The notes under the pieces are model-generated. The model worked only from the letters and a program-made list of their open reading frames with translations, made no database searches and was not told where the DNA came from. A stretch of DNA of 64,000 nt from the NCBI GenBank assembly GCA_013265495.1, contig MU057651.1, forward strand, positions 2,022,948-2,086,947. Direction: 5' to 3'. The DNA is from Vicugna vicugna (taxonomy: Eukaryota). Both the position numbers and the translations under genes were made by a program. Shown here one piece after another: positions 52,769 through 64,000 of the stretch (positions are counted from its first letter, which is position 1; each line of letters opens with the position of its first letter).

Positions 52769-53753
52769 CAGTGGGTTTCTGGTTTTGTTTTGTTTTCTCT
52801 CCTAACACACACTGAGTAGGAATCCATTTACTTGAATCGAGCTCCTTCACCTCCCTGCTTTTGCACCTCTGCGAGCAGTAATCCCACGCCCCAGCACCGG
52901 GCTTCAGAATTAAGTGAGATGTTGGCTGTTGTGAGAGCTTGCAGCTTCCGTGAGCAGGAGACAGGAGTGAAATTCGTCTTAAAGGAGAAGGCGTGTCATT
53001 GATCCTGAGTCCGAGACCGGGAGGGGTCCTAGCAGAGCACTCGTGCAGGGACAGGAGGGCCTCAGAACGGATGGGCGGGGACCCCCCGCTGCCCCTGCGG
53101 TGCCCCGTGTCCTGGAGCGGTGGCTGCCGTGGGTGACAGTGAGGGGGAGAAGCCGCCATCTGCTCCAGGATTATAAGTCAGGGTAACAGAGTCAGGATCC
53201 AAGTAAAACCCTCCATGCTTTGTCGTTGAGGACGTGAGAGAGGCCAGCAGATTGAGCCCTCAGCCCCTCTAGCTGAACCGATGAAGAACAGTGGTGCGCA
53301 AAGCCATGTCCCCAAGCCCTGTGGTCACTCTGGACCCCACCCGTTCGGATGCCCGCTCTCCCCAAGAAGGAAAGACTCAGAAGCCCTTGACCAGCATCTC
53401 CAACAAAGGCACCAGTGGGCGTAGCAGGGAGCCAGGCAGAGGGGCCTCCTCTTCGACAATCTCTCTGTGCAGTGAGCTGAGGGCAGATGCAAGAGCACCT
53501 GCGGGGAGCAAGACATGAGATCTGATGGCTAAAATAAATGCAGCACCCGCCCCAGTGAGGGCGAAACAGGGCCCGTGCGCAGCACATCACTGGAGGCGGA
53601 GCCACAGGTTCCCCTCACTCCGAGGAAAGGCTTCCAGGAGAGAAAGCAGTTAAATGCTCTCCGCTGTCCCCGGGAGGCAGTCAGACTGTTGGACATCGAG
53701 TCCAGCACTCAGGACTCCGAGGACGTAGCACAGTGGAATGCAAAGAAGAATTG

Positions 53754-53898
53754 TTTTTTTTTTAATTGAAGTGCAATGGGTCCATTTCTAGCTCACAGCA
53801 TCATGCCCCAGTCATGCATGTACGTACACATATTCCCTCTCAGATTCTGTTTCAAGATACTGAGTATAGTTCCCTGTGCTGCACAGAAGACATTTGTT
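53754..53898 (-). mobile_element. Short young L1 3' end fragment
   Basis: T-run, aattgaagt, then aagatactgagtatagttccctgtgctgcacagaaga. Confidence 0.7.
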
Positions 53899-53929
53899 TT
53901 GAGCTAAACATCCTTGAGCATGAAGGCTG

Positions 53930-54128
53930 GCGAGTGAAGGACCCTCCCAGACCATCAGTGCCAAGGAGCAAACTTTTGACAAAGGATCTGCAAGTTCAAC
54001 CTCTTGAGATGCAAAGAAAAGAAAGAACTGTTGAGTTCAGGGTTTTTAGGGCACAAGCCATCCATCTCCTTGTTCAGCCCTGCGATGCTGCAATAAACCT
54101 TTCTCTGCTCCAAAAAAAAAAAAAAAAA
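53930..54128 (+). mobile_element. ERV1 LTR fragment (U3/R part) ending in A17
   Basis: gagttcagggtttttagggcacaagcc...ctgcaataaacctttctctgctcc followed by A17. Confidence 0.55.
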
Positions 54129-56254
54129 GAGCGAGAGAGAGAAAATTAATTGTTATGCTTACTTATTTTCAGCCCCCTTTCTCTTTTTGATGGGGACCCT
54201 ACTTTGCTTTTGAAAGCCTCTGGTCATCTCACCGACGGCGTGGACCTCCTCCCGCGTCTGGATAAACACACGCAGACCTCCGTATGTACCACGCACATCC
54301 TGGCATCTGGGAAGATGGGCACCCAAGCTCGAGCATCCTCAGATCTCTCAAGTGCTTACGGAGCTCGTAAAGCGTCTAATTGAGCCCAGGATTCTGCTGA
54401 GAACCCGAAAATGAACGCCATCAATACAAAACAGTATCTGGAAGGCAGAGAGGGAAGGTTTCGCTTTCTGGCCAACCGCCTGGAGCCCCGCCATTAACAC
54501 ATGCTTCACAGGAACGCGTTTGAACTAAAATTCTCATAACATGCCAGGACCTTGTTTCCACTTGATTCTGACAGATCTAAATAGAAATCAACCTGTTTTA
54601 ACATCAAACAGACCGGTCGCCCAAGACAAGTTCCTTTACATCCTAATATTTTGGCTTTTATGAGCCCGGTTCTTCATCTAGGAAACGGACAAGATAATTA
54701 CTACTTCAGAGAGTAACTGTTTCCGAATTGATACCACGCGCGTGAAATGACCGTTTAGTTCCTCCTCCTGGGAAGGGAAATGTTCACCCCACATCTTTCT
54801 TTCCTCCCTTGGGGACACGAAGGCACAAGAGCATTAAAACTGACTCAGTCTCCTCAACCACGATGTTCTTTAGCGTGTGGTCTGTTTTGAGAACGCGATC
54901 GCTCATCACGGAAGGAAATCAGCTTCGTGAATTATTTTTATTTCCAAGGAGGAGCAGCCGAGTCAGATTTCTGAAGCAAAACACGGAGACCGAGCCACAG
55001 CCACAGCAGACAAGTTCAATTATTTAAAGGAAGGTCTCTTTCCAGATCCCAGCTTGTGAAAGGAGATTTAGGGGAAAAGCATAAAATGTATTGAGAACCC
55101 AAGCAGAGGAAGTAATTTGCTAAATAAATTAGTGGCATCAAGACTTCCTTCACAAAGGAAACCAAATACTGTTGTGTGTTTTTTGTTTTTTGTTTTTGTT
55201 TCCCCCACTGCATTATTTTATTCTGCACAGACATTTCTCAGAGGACTCAGCTGTTTTGACATTTGAGACATGGGGCTTATGGTTGCAAACTGGGTCCATC
55301 AGAGGCAGAATCCCGGGGCAGGGGGAGCAGAATGAAACAGGAGGGGAGGAATGTGTAAGCGGCTGGTCCTTCAGCCCACATCTCCGCACCTGGAGCCATT
55401 TTCCGACCCTGCTCCACCTGTCAGGCTGTATCCATCCCCGTGTGCCAGGAGGAAAAGCACAGAATCTGGAGAAGGAAGGCAGGCGTGCGTTCAGCATCTG
55501 CTGCTGTCCTCAGACTTGCAGGTCCTGCCCGATGGGGTGGTGATGCCTGCAGTTTCTGACCGTGTTTTTGACCTGCCGCTCCTTACCAGTCATCATTCCA
55601 GACGTCTCACCTGCATTATCCTATTTGAGCCTCAAGACAATCCTGCGAGCTGGAACTTATCCTCATGTCACAGAGGAAAGCTGAAGCTTGGAAAATGTGA
55701 GTCACTTGGGGAGAACTCAGGCTTCCTGGCTTAAAAACTCATGCATTTTTAAGCACTGCAGTCTTGCACCAACCGTCTCCCCATTTCCCTCTGTGACTGA
55801 TTGCATTCCTTGATTTTTCTTTCTTCGGGACCGTGGCCCCACCTCCCACCACCCCCTCTGCCGCAGGGACCAGAAAGAGGTACCTCAACCCCTGGGTCTC
55901 TGTGCTTCCCCATCTCTCTGCATCCTGCCAGCTTCCAGACACTGACGTCCAACTGCCTGCTGGCCACTCGCACGTGGAACCTCTGTGATGCAGTAACGTC
56001 ACAGCAGTAACCCGACTGCACACACAGTAGCGAGGTCCACGCAGCTCCGGAACTACACGACCCAGGGGACCATCGTACCACGCAAGCAAACCTGCAGGCA
56101 GGACGGTCCAGCTCGGCAGAGGGGACAGGCCACGGTGTCCCACCGTGTCCTCTGCCGTTACAGCTATTCCCAGATCTCGACACCGGGCAGCTCTGATTCT
56201 GGGCAACCGGATCTGACAATTGGATCTCACGTCAGCTGCCCAACAGAATTAAAA

Positions 56255-56488
56255 TTTGGTAACCATGAGTTTGTCCTGTATGTCTGTGAGTCTGTTTCTG
56301 TTTTGTAGATAACTTCATTTGTGTCCTTTTTTTAGATTCCACATATAAGTGACACCACATGGTATTTTTACAAACGTATGGTGACCAGGGGGTAAAGGTG
56401 GGGGAAGTGAAAAAAAATTTTTAAAAAATATAAAATATAATAAAGAATCTCTCTTAAAAAAAGAATGGGAAACTTAAAAAAAAAAAAA
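56255..56488. mobile_element. Short L1 3' UTR insertion with 5' inversion and multi-part A-rich tail
   Basis: 56255-56369 is antisense L1 3' UTR; 56370-56407 is sense L1 3' UTR (compare 16560-16700); A-rich segments follow. Confidence 0.7.
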
Positions 56489-56970
56489 GACTACAGAAAT
56501 TTGCAAAACGTAAGTCCCAGGGACGGTGTCCTTTCCTGTCCTGCAGCCCTGCTGAGGGTGATCGATGTCACTTTTGTTCTCGAGTCTCTTCTCCAGGCTC
56601 CTTGGTGGGAGATGTGGTTGAGCTGTGGATTGAACGTGGCCAGGCTGAAGTTGAAGCCTCTTCGCTGCCTTTAATAACTTCCTTATCTTTTCCTCTGCTG
56701 GGCGACGAGACAGTGCGTTTCAGATGAAGGCAGAATCTGTCACCTTTATCAGCGCCATTTCTAGTAGACACAAGCCAGTGATATGAGTCAGCATGATAGA
56801 AGCCTGTGAACCATGGCTTTCATACCAGAAGGCTGAATGGTGAGCTTCCCGGTATACGCGGGAAAACTCAGAAATGACAAATGAGCAATCGTCCACAAGA
56901 CGATTCACAGGCGACTGTACTGGTGCCTACAGGTCAGACATCTTCCACATTCCATGTCCTACAAGTGACA

Positions 56971-57446
56971 TGTAACAGAGTCCAAACTCATTCTGCTCAA
57001 GGTGTTGGGGGCAAGGAATAGCAGCTCTATTCTGCAAGCCAGCAGACCGAGAGGATGGGGGACTCGTGTCCTGGAGAGCCATCTTCCCCAAGTCAGAATT
57101 CAGACTCCTTTTATACTAAAAGGGGAGGGGGTGTGGTTGGTTCTTGCAAACTTCTTGGTGTCAGAATCCTTTGTTCTTGCAGCTGTTCATGCAAGTCATG
57201 TACACCTCCAACAAGACAAATGTTGTTCTCTCTTCTGCAACTTTTTATCTTTATATGAATGGGAAAGTGTTCTACCCTTAAAGGGCAGAGCCTTGAGAAT
57301 GGGCTCTGTTGCCTATTTCAGGCTCGAGGCAGCATTCTGTTACAAAAGTTGCAGAAGCAGCATGACTCAGCGCAGGAAACAGGGCACAGGGTTAGAGCCA
57401 AAGGAATGGATCTGATACGGAGTCAGATTTGTCCTTCCCTGTTACA
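56971..57446 (-). mobile_element. MER41-like ERV1 solo LTR
   Basis: TGTAACA...TGTTACA inverted termini; the minus strand reads aggattctgacaccaagaagtttgcaag...cccctccccttttagTATAAAaggag. Confidence 0.75.
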
Positions 57447-57607
57447 CTTAGACCTTTTGTCACTCTCTTTTTGGCATATTGCTCTTCTTGGAGTCGCTGA
57501 CCAAGCCGATGGGGAGGCAGCATATGGTGAACTCACCTGCATCAGGTGAGGGCACCAGAGTTTGGGTCAGGGAGTCACTATATTCATTCAAAGGAGCAAC
57601 GTTGGGT

Positions 57608-57690
57608 GGGGGGAGGTACAGCTCAAGTGGTGGAGCACATGCTTACCATGCATGGGGTCTTGGGTTCAATCCCCGGTGCCTCCTTTAAAG
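57608..57690 (+). mobile_element. vic-1-like tRNA-Ala SINE (short tail)
   Basis: ggaggtacagctcaagtggtggagcacatgctta...gggttcaatccccggtgcctcc. Confidence 0.8.
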
Positions 57691-58231
57691 CTTAGGAGAC
57701 ACGTTTATTTCAAGCTCTCCAGAATCAAGATTCTGACTCTGAGAACTGAAACTTCGGGTGCCCGGGACCATGATACGCAGTTAAATATATTATCCAACTT
57801 AATCCTCCCAGCAACAAGGATGGTCTTTGGCTTTTGTTTGTCAGTTGTTCTTTTGCGCTTATTCTTCATTTATTTTAATTTTTCTGTGTCATGCAGGAGC
57901 CCACAAAAGGATTCATCATAACCCTGACTGCGTGACATACACTTGTCACTGTTTCCACCGGATCAGCTTGGCTTGTCTAGTTAGTTATTTTAATCGTGTA
58001 TTAAGCACCCACGTACCTACTACCCTGGACAAAAGTCAAGAACTCCACACCTTGACAGCAACCTGTAATGACCGTGTCGTGGCTGCCCCCACTTCCCTGC
58101 CTCTTCCCACCCAACACGACCATCGCTCCAAATCCATGTCCGTCTTTCCCTTTCTGCTTCTTCACTTTTATGCATTTTGATGTCATTTTTGTATGTTTCT
58201 ATATGTGGAAGCATATGTATGGGTATATATA

Positions 58232-58718
58232 CAGACAATCCCCGACTTACAACAGTTTGGCTTAAACAATTTTTTGCTTCAGTGTAAATAAGTTTGGATT
58301 CATGCCAACCACACATCAGGCTCTGAATGTTGACCCTTCCCTGGGCTAGAAATACCACGACCCTCCCCTATGATGCTGGGCAGGGGTCCAAGCACAGCTT
58401 CCCTCCACCCTCGCCATCCCGAGGGTCAATAGGAGATACTTACAACCACTCTGTGCCCAACGACGAGTCTGCTCTCACCTTCAGGGCAGGATCCGGTAAA
58501 CCACATGAGACACCCCGCACTTTATGGTTAAACAGGCTGGTGTTAAGTGATTTTGCCCAACTGTGGGCTAATGTAAGTATTCGGAGCATGTTTAAGGTTC
58601 ATGGCTAAGCCATGGTGTTCAATCGGTTGGTTGTATTAAATACATTTTCAACCTACAAGATTTTCTATTTACCACGGATTTATGGGACCGAACCCCATCA
58701 TAAATTGAGAAAGAGCTG
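58232..58718 (+). mobile_element. Tigger3-type (TcMar) non-autonomous DNA transposon nested in old L1
   Basis: TA|cagacaatccccgacttac ... gattttgcccaactgtgggctaatgtaagt ... aaccccatcataaattgag...ctg. Antisense L1M-like sequence flanks both sides (about 57990-58230 and 58770-59300). Confidence 0.8.
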
Positions 58719-60354
58719 CATACAGATGGATAGATAGATGGATAGACAGATACATAAATATACATATACACAAATAATATTACTTGTATTACTTTAAATT
58801 TTTTATTTCTAGTTGCAAGTGGTCTATAATTTAGGAGAGATTTTTTTCGGTTTAATATGATGGTGCAGGAGTTGTCTGTAGCTTCCCGTGCTGCCGGTGT
58901 TGGCTTGTTTGGATTGCAGAATGACATCCCACCGTGGGAACGCACAGCGGCCGACTGGTCCATTCTCCAGTCAGGGTGCCCTCAGTCATTCCCATGCGCC
59001 GCTGCCATGAGCAGGGACGCTGGGAACTTCCTTGGCATTCCTCCACGTCTGCGTGCCAGGGTTCTCTCAAGTAGGTCCCAATGAGGGAAACTGAGGGTTA
59101 CAAGATGTGCCAATACTTTACCCTAGGAAATAGGATGCACCTGTCTTCCTAAAGAAACGGCACCAAGATTCAGGCCACCGGCAATGGACGAGAGACCTGT
59201 GGTTCCGCAGCCTCCCCGGAGCTGGCATTTGCGGGCTGTTTCTGTGAGCATCTACCACCACCTCCACGTGGCCTGCTTTTTCATGTCCCTCTTCAATCAT
59301 GAGTTTACTGCATATGGGTTTTCACTTTTTAAGATGTCTGTTCAGGCCTGTGCCATCTCTGTCTCCATCTTTTGTGCTAATAAAGAGCCTGTCAGCAGAG
59401 AAATTGCCTCCACATCTCACCCTGAAAGAACATGGCCATTTCCAGGCCCCTAACCCTCTCTGATTTCCCCCCCTGCACTCTTACTTGTGTGGCGTTTACT
59501 GTGGTTTAGACTTTAGGGCAAGTCGTGGTCACATTAAAGGCGGCTGCAGGCAGCTGAAGAGAAGGGGGAATTAGAGTCTGGCCCGAGACATACCCTCTGG
59601 AATGAGGATATATTTCAGATTGCTAATCAAGTTCCAATGATTGCCTTGGAAATCCCAAAGGGTGACAAGTCTAGATGTCAGTTAGGTGGCAAGAGGCACA
59701 GAGGGGAGGGGATCCAAGCATCAGAAAATAACACAGCGTCTTGTGGGGATGTGTTCACACCTTGGAAGCTGCGTCCACTGAGCCAGGATGAAGTTAGAAA
59801 ATCTACCCTCTTTGAGGAGGGCCAGGCGGATCGGGGTTGATGCAAAATCTCTACAATATAAAACCGCTGAGTCAACGCAGAGAAGGTGGGTGGGGACGGC
59901 TTTAAGTCACGCTGGGACTCAGCGATGCCCCCCTTCCTAAGCAAAAGAATCACTTTCTAAAACAAAAGGACCCTGGTCTGATTGGCGGGGAAGAACATTC
60001 TAGAAAGCGTTTTGGATTCCAGGAGTCATGAGCCACCTATTCAAGGTGGGGACTGGTAGCCCCATTACAAGTCCAATTTTTGAAAGGCGGAACCATTGAC
60101 ATATTTTCTGATTCATTCAGAACTGACTTAGGAACCACTAAACCTTTATGCCGGAAACCTAGTTTTGAGACACTCCTGGGGAGAAAAGGAATGTATTTTA
60201 ATGGACTTTTTTACATGATATGTATTCCAAGCACATGACTTTCTTCAGGGACAAAGCTGACTAAAATAAGCACTTGCCTTCACGTTGCGATATAAATAAT
60301 ATTCATCATAACACAGATTTAGTTTGAAACCAGAGGGACTCAGTGTACTACGCA

Positions 60355-60560
60355 TTTTGTGTGCATTATCTCACCTAATCTTGTACAAATAAACTATGTA
60401 AAGTAAGAACCAAGGTTATTCCCATTTTCCAGTAAGGACACTGAGGCTTAAAAAGTTTAAGAAACTTTCCCCAAGTCACCCATACAGCAGGTGGAGGAGG
60501 AGGAATTTGAGCCTAAAGTGGTGAGAATCTGGGGTCCACATGCCTAACACTGGGGCTGTT
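60355..60560 (-). mobile_element. MIR
   Basis: attatctcacctaatc...ttattcccattttccagtaaggacactgaggct...cccaagtcacc...ggaatttgagcc. Confidence 0.7.
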
Positions 60561-60664
60561 TCCCCAACTTGTCTTTTACGGGGAAGGCGAGGGCCTCTCT
60601 CACAGCCTTCTCACAACTTAACCCATCTTGTCAGCATGTCAACATCTAAAGACGTAAGACCGAG

Positions 60665-60883
60665 GTGGGAGGGTGTAGCTCGGGGGTGGAGCACGTGCTT
60701 AGCATGCACGAGGTCCTGGGTTCCATCCGCAGTCCCTCCAATAAAAAAATAAGTAAATAAATGAATAGACCTGGTTACTTCCCCCCTTCAAAAAATAAAT
60801 AAAATAAATCTATTAAAAATGTTAAAAAAGTAAGCCTGCAAACTAACAAAAAATAAAGGTAAAACAAAAAAAATTTTAATAAA
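60665..60883 (+). mobile_element. vic-1-like tRNA-Ala SINE with 18-bp TSD
   Basis: gggagggtgtagctc...gtgcttagcatgcacgaggtcctgggttc; TSD taaagacgtaagaccgag (60647-60664) / taaagacataaaaccaag (60884-60901). Confidence 0.9.
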
Positions 60884-61749
60884 TAAAGACATAAAACCAA
60901 GTATAAATCCCTTTGGCTCTTATGCAGATAGAATGTGCAACACAGCTACGAATAATGTACAAACCCCCAAAATTGATGTAATTTAAATGGAAATAAAACG
61001 TGAATGAGGTGGAGGATGTGGCTTCACACCAGTCAATTGCATTGAGGTGCTGTGAGCCCGGCGCTGGCAGTGACCCTGTCTCCCGCCATTTCCCTCAATT
61101 TCAGAGACTGTGAAACTTCATTAGTACGTGTGCCATGGTGCCATCTGGCCTCCTGGAGATGAAAGCACATCTCTGATGAGTTAATTCACCCCAGTCCTTT
61201 TCCCATTAGCTGGTGACAGTGAAAAAAGCGTTTCTTGGCACCGACACAATTATGAACACAAACGCACATGTGGCCACTAAACCCTCCTGGCTGTGACCAG
61301 GTGAGGGCGAGCCGTCTCCCAGAGAAACCTGGACCCAACTGGAGAAATGTTTTCTATGCTCACCTGCCTCCCTCCAACCCCAGGCCTAACCATAAAGGCA
61401 ATAATCTCCCATGTGATCAATGCCAAGGCAGAGAAACACACAGGGGCCCGTGAGGTTGTAGTGGGCACCAGCCCACCTGCCATCAGAGTGTAGCACAGCT
61501 TCCCTGGACTGTGACTCCTGGGCTGATTCTTGAAGAAGGTGGCCTGTAAAGGAGAAGGGCTTTTCAGGTGGAGGAAACAGCATGAGAAAAGGCCAGGGGA
61601 CATGAAGCAGCATAAATATATGCAGAAAACAGGAAAAAAAAATATATATATATACACAAAGTGCATGAGGAATAAGAGGGGGAGGAGGCTGGAGGAGCAC
61701 GTGCAAGACAGGTCATGAGGAATCCACCCCTGTGCCCATCTACAGTATG

Positions 61750-62720
61750 CCTACCTCTGTATCTGCATCCACATCTGTGTCTCCATCCATGTCCACAGCT
61801 ACCTCCACATCCATGTCTACAGCTACACCCACATCTGCACCCACATCTACATCCTCGTCTACACCCACATCTACACCTACATCCACAGCCACACTTATAC
61901 CTACATCTCCATCAACACCTACATCTCCATCAACACCTGCATCTCCATCAACACCTGCATCTCCATCCACATCTACACCTACACCCACATCTACATCCAC
62001 ATCTACATCCTCATCTACACCCACATCTACACCTACATCCACATCCAGACCTATACCCACATTCACATCCACACATATACTTACATCTCCATCAAAACCT
62101 ACATCTCCATCAACACCTACATCTCCATCCACATCTACACCTACATCCACATCTACACCTACACCCACGTCTACATCCACATCCACCCCTACACCTCCAT
62201 GTCCATCAACACCTACATCTCCATCCACATCTACACCTACATCCACATCTACACCTACATCCACATCTACACCTACATCCACATCTACACCTACATCCAC
62301 ATCTACACCTACATCCACATCTACACCTACATCCACATCTACACCTACATCCACATCTACACCTACATCCACATCTACACCTACATCCACATCTACACCT
62401 ACATCCACATCTACACCTACATCCACATCTACACCTACATCCACATCTACACCTACATCCACATCTACACCTACATCCACATCTACACCTACACCCACGT
62501 CTACATCCACATCCACCCCTACACCTCCATGTCCATCAACACCTACATCTCCATCCACATCTACACCCACACCCACGTCTACATCCACATCCACCCCTAC
62601 ACCTCCATGTCCATCAACACCTACATCTGCACCCACACCCACATCTACTTCTACACCCACGTCTACATCTGCATCTACACCCACACTCCATCTCCACCTC
62701 CATGTCTGCATCACCATCTG
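61750..62720 (+). repeat. Hexamer-based minisatellite (ACATCT/ACACCT/ACATCC)
   Basis: 14 perfect copies of the 18-mer ACATCTACACCTACATCC at 62227-62478. A 60-bp block recurs at 62161, 62491 and 62569. Flanks are degenerate hexamers. Confidence 0.95.
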
Positions 62721-63529
62721 CTTGTACGTCTGTCTCCAAGCCCACACGTGTGTCTACATTCACAGCCTGTCCACGGCCCATCCGACAAAAGAGAAGAAAG
62801 CAATTAATCCTCCAAAGAGTCTCCATGTTCTGTTTTCCTCTGCACCAGCTGCACAGCACTCCTCTGCTCGGTTTGAAACGGAAACATCCTGGCCTTGGAC
62901 GAGGGGACCTTCTCCCAGTTACCCTGGACATCCACCGCTATGGTCAGCTTCCTACATCGTGACAGGAAGGGCTGCAGGAAGGGTGGGCGGAGCTGCTCAG
63001 TGGACACGAGCAGCACTTGGAGCCCTTTAACTTCCGGTCACCGGCATTCGCTTTCATTGTGCCGCCGTGGTTTGCTCGGTCCTTTCAATTACTCTCCGAC
63101 TTCCCTGCGCTCTGATCACTGCAGCTTTCGTGGCTACATTCCCTAAAGCAATTACTTTCACTTACAATCATGCTTCATTAATAGGGACACGTTGGCCAAT
63201 ATTCGTGCATGCTTACTTACGTAGCATTTTTTGCCCCCATCCAACAGCCTGTGCCAGCACTGAATAGGTGAATTTAGTAAAAGCAGAGAAGCACAAAGGT
63301 GAAAATGAACATGACACATGGACCCCTTTCCTGGAGCCACTGTTGACGTTGGAGCATTTCCTTTGTGCACTGGAAACACTGGATTCTGGCTGCCACCGTT
63401 AACATTCTAATATAAACGTGCCTGTATAACTTTGAATTTACTGAGAAACAAATGAATGGCTGTGTACTATTTCTTTACAGCCTCCGTGTCTTTGCTGGCT
63501 CTCGCTACCCCACGTTGACCCTTCGTGGG

Positions 63530-63990
63530 TTTATTTATTCATTTGTCAAGTTATCTCTCGAGCACCTGGCCCCGGTGAGATGAGCAAGACATGCCAGGTC
63601 CCTGTTCTCGAAGAGCTTACAACCAAGAGAGCGGAGGCAGACAACGAAGAAGCAAACAAAACAGGTAAGACCCCAGATTCACACATCTCCTACTTGAACG
63701 ACGTACAGAGAGAAAAAATAGTTCAGGGTTTAAGTTTCATTTCTCATCCCTCAGCCGCATGATTTCCCATCTCCTGAAAGGTGAATAAAAGATTTTTAAA
63801 AATGGAATACATTGCACTTATGGAATGTCTGTTACCTGCCTCCCTTCCCACAGTCAGCCCACGAGCCAAAGCCTTTTCATGCCTCACTGGAGCGTTTCCG
63901 CAGCCTCTAAATGGGTCCTCCGCCCCCAGGTGAGACTTTCTGAAGCTCAGGTTGAACGTGTAACTTCTCCGTTCAAGGTCCCCAGACGGC
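63530..63990. mobile_element. L2 fragments
   Basis: tttatttattcatttgtcaag...gagcacct...gtccctgttctcgaagagcttac; later ttttcatgcctcactggag...cagcctctaaatgggtc. Confidence 0.55.
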
Positions 63991-64000
63991 CACTCACACC

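Noticed and set aside
62227..62478. CRISPR-like array
   Set aside because: Head-to-tail tandem units with no unique spacers, in a mammalian context with no cas genes.
61715..62962. His/Leu/Pro-rich 415-aa ORF and the antisense Val/Asp/Gly ORF
   Set aside because: Alternative readings of the same minisatellite, with no independent coding evidence.

Overview
Mammalian, almost entirely non-coding DNA, very likely from a camelid (alpaca, vicuna or camel). The evidence is seven copies of a tRNA-Ala-derived SINE of the vic-1 type plus young artiodactyl-type L1 3' ends. The window is dense in repeats: L1 of several ages, L2, MIR, MaLR/MLT1, ERV1-type solo LTRs, Tigger and MER5, and several simple repeats. 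Nearly all ORFs in the supplied track are chance ORFs or repeat-derived. The only convincing genic signal is a candidate minus-strand terminal coding exon at 674-877, which the ORF track misses and whose gene I cannot name. The rest reads as intron or gene desert, with a few repeat-poor, motif-rich stretches that look like enhancers. I did not find a clearly supportable new biological system. The best leads are the orphan exon, a ~1 kb minisatellite encoding Pro/Thr/Ser behind a splice acceptor, a long GAA tract, a stop-interrupted coding-like frame at 49.8-50.4 kb, and some unusual retrotransposition structures. Repeat family names come from recognition by eye and most boundaries are approximate.
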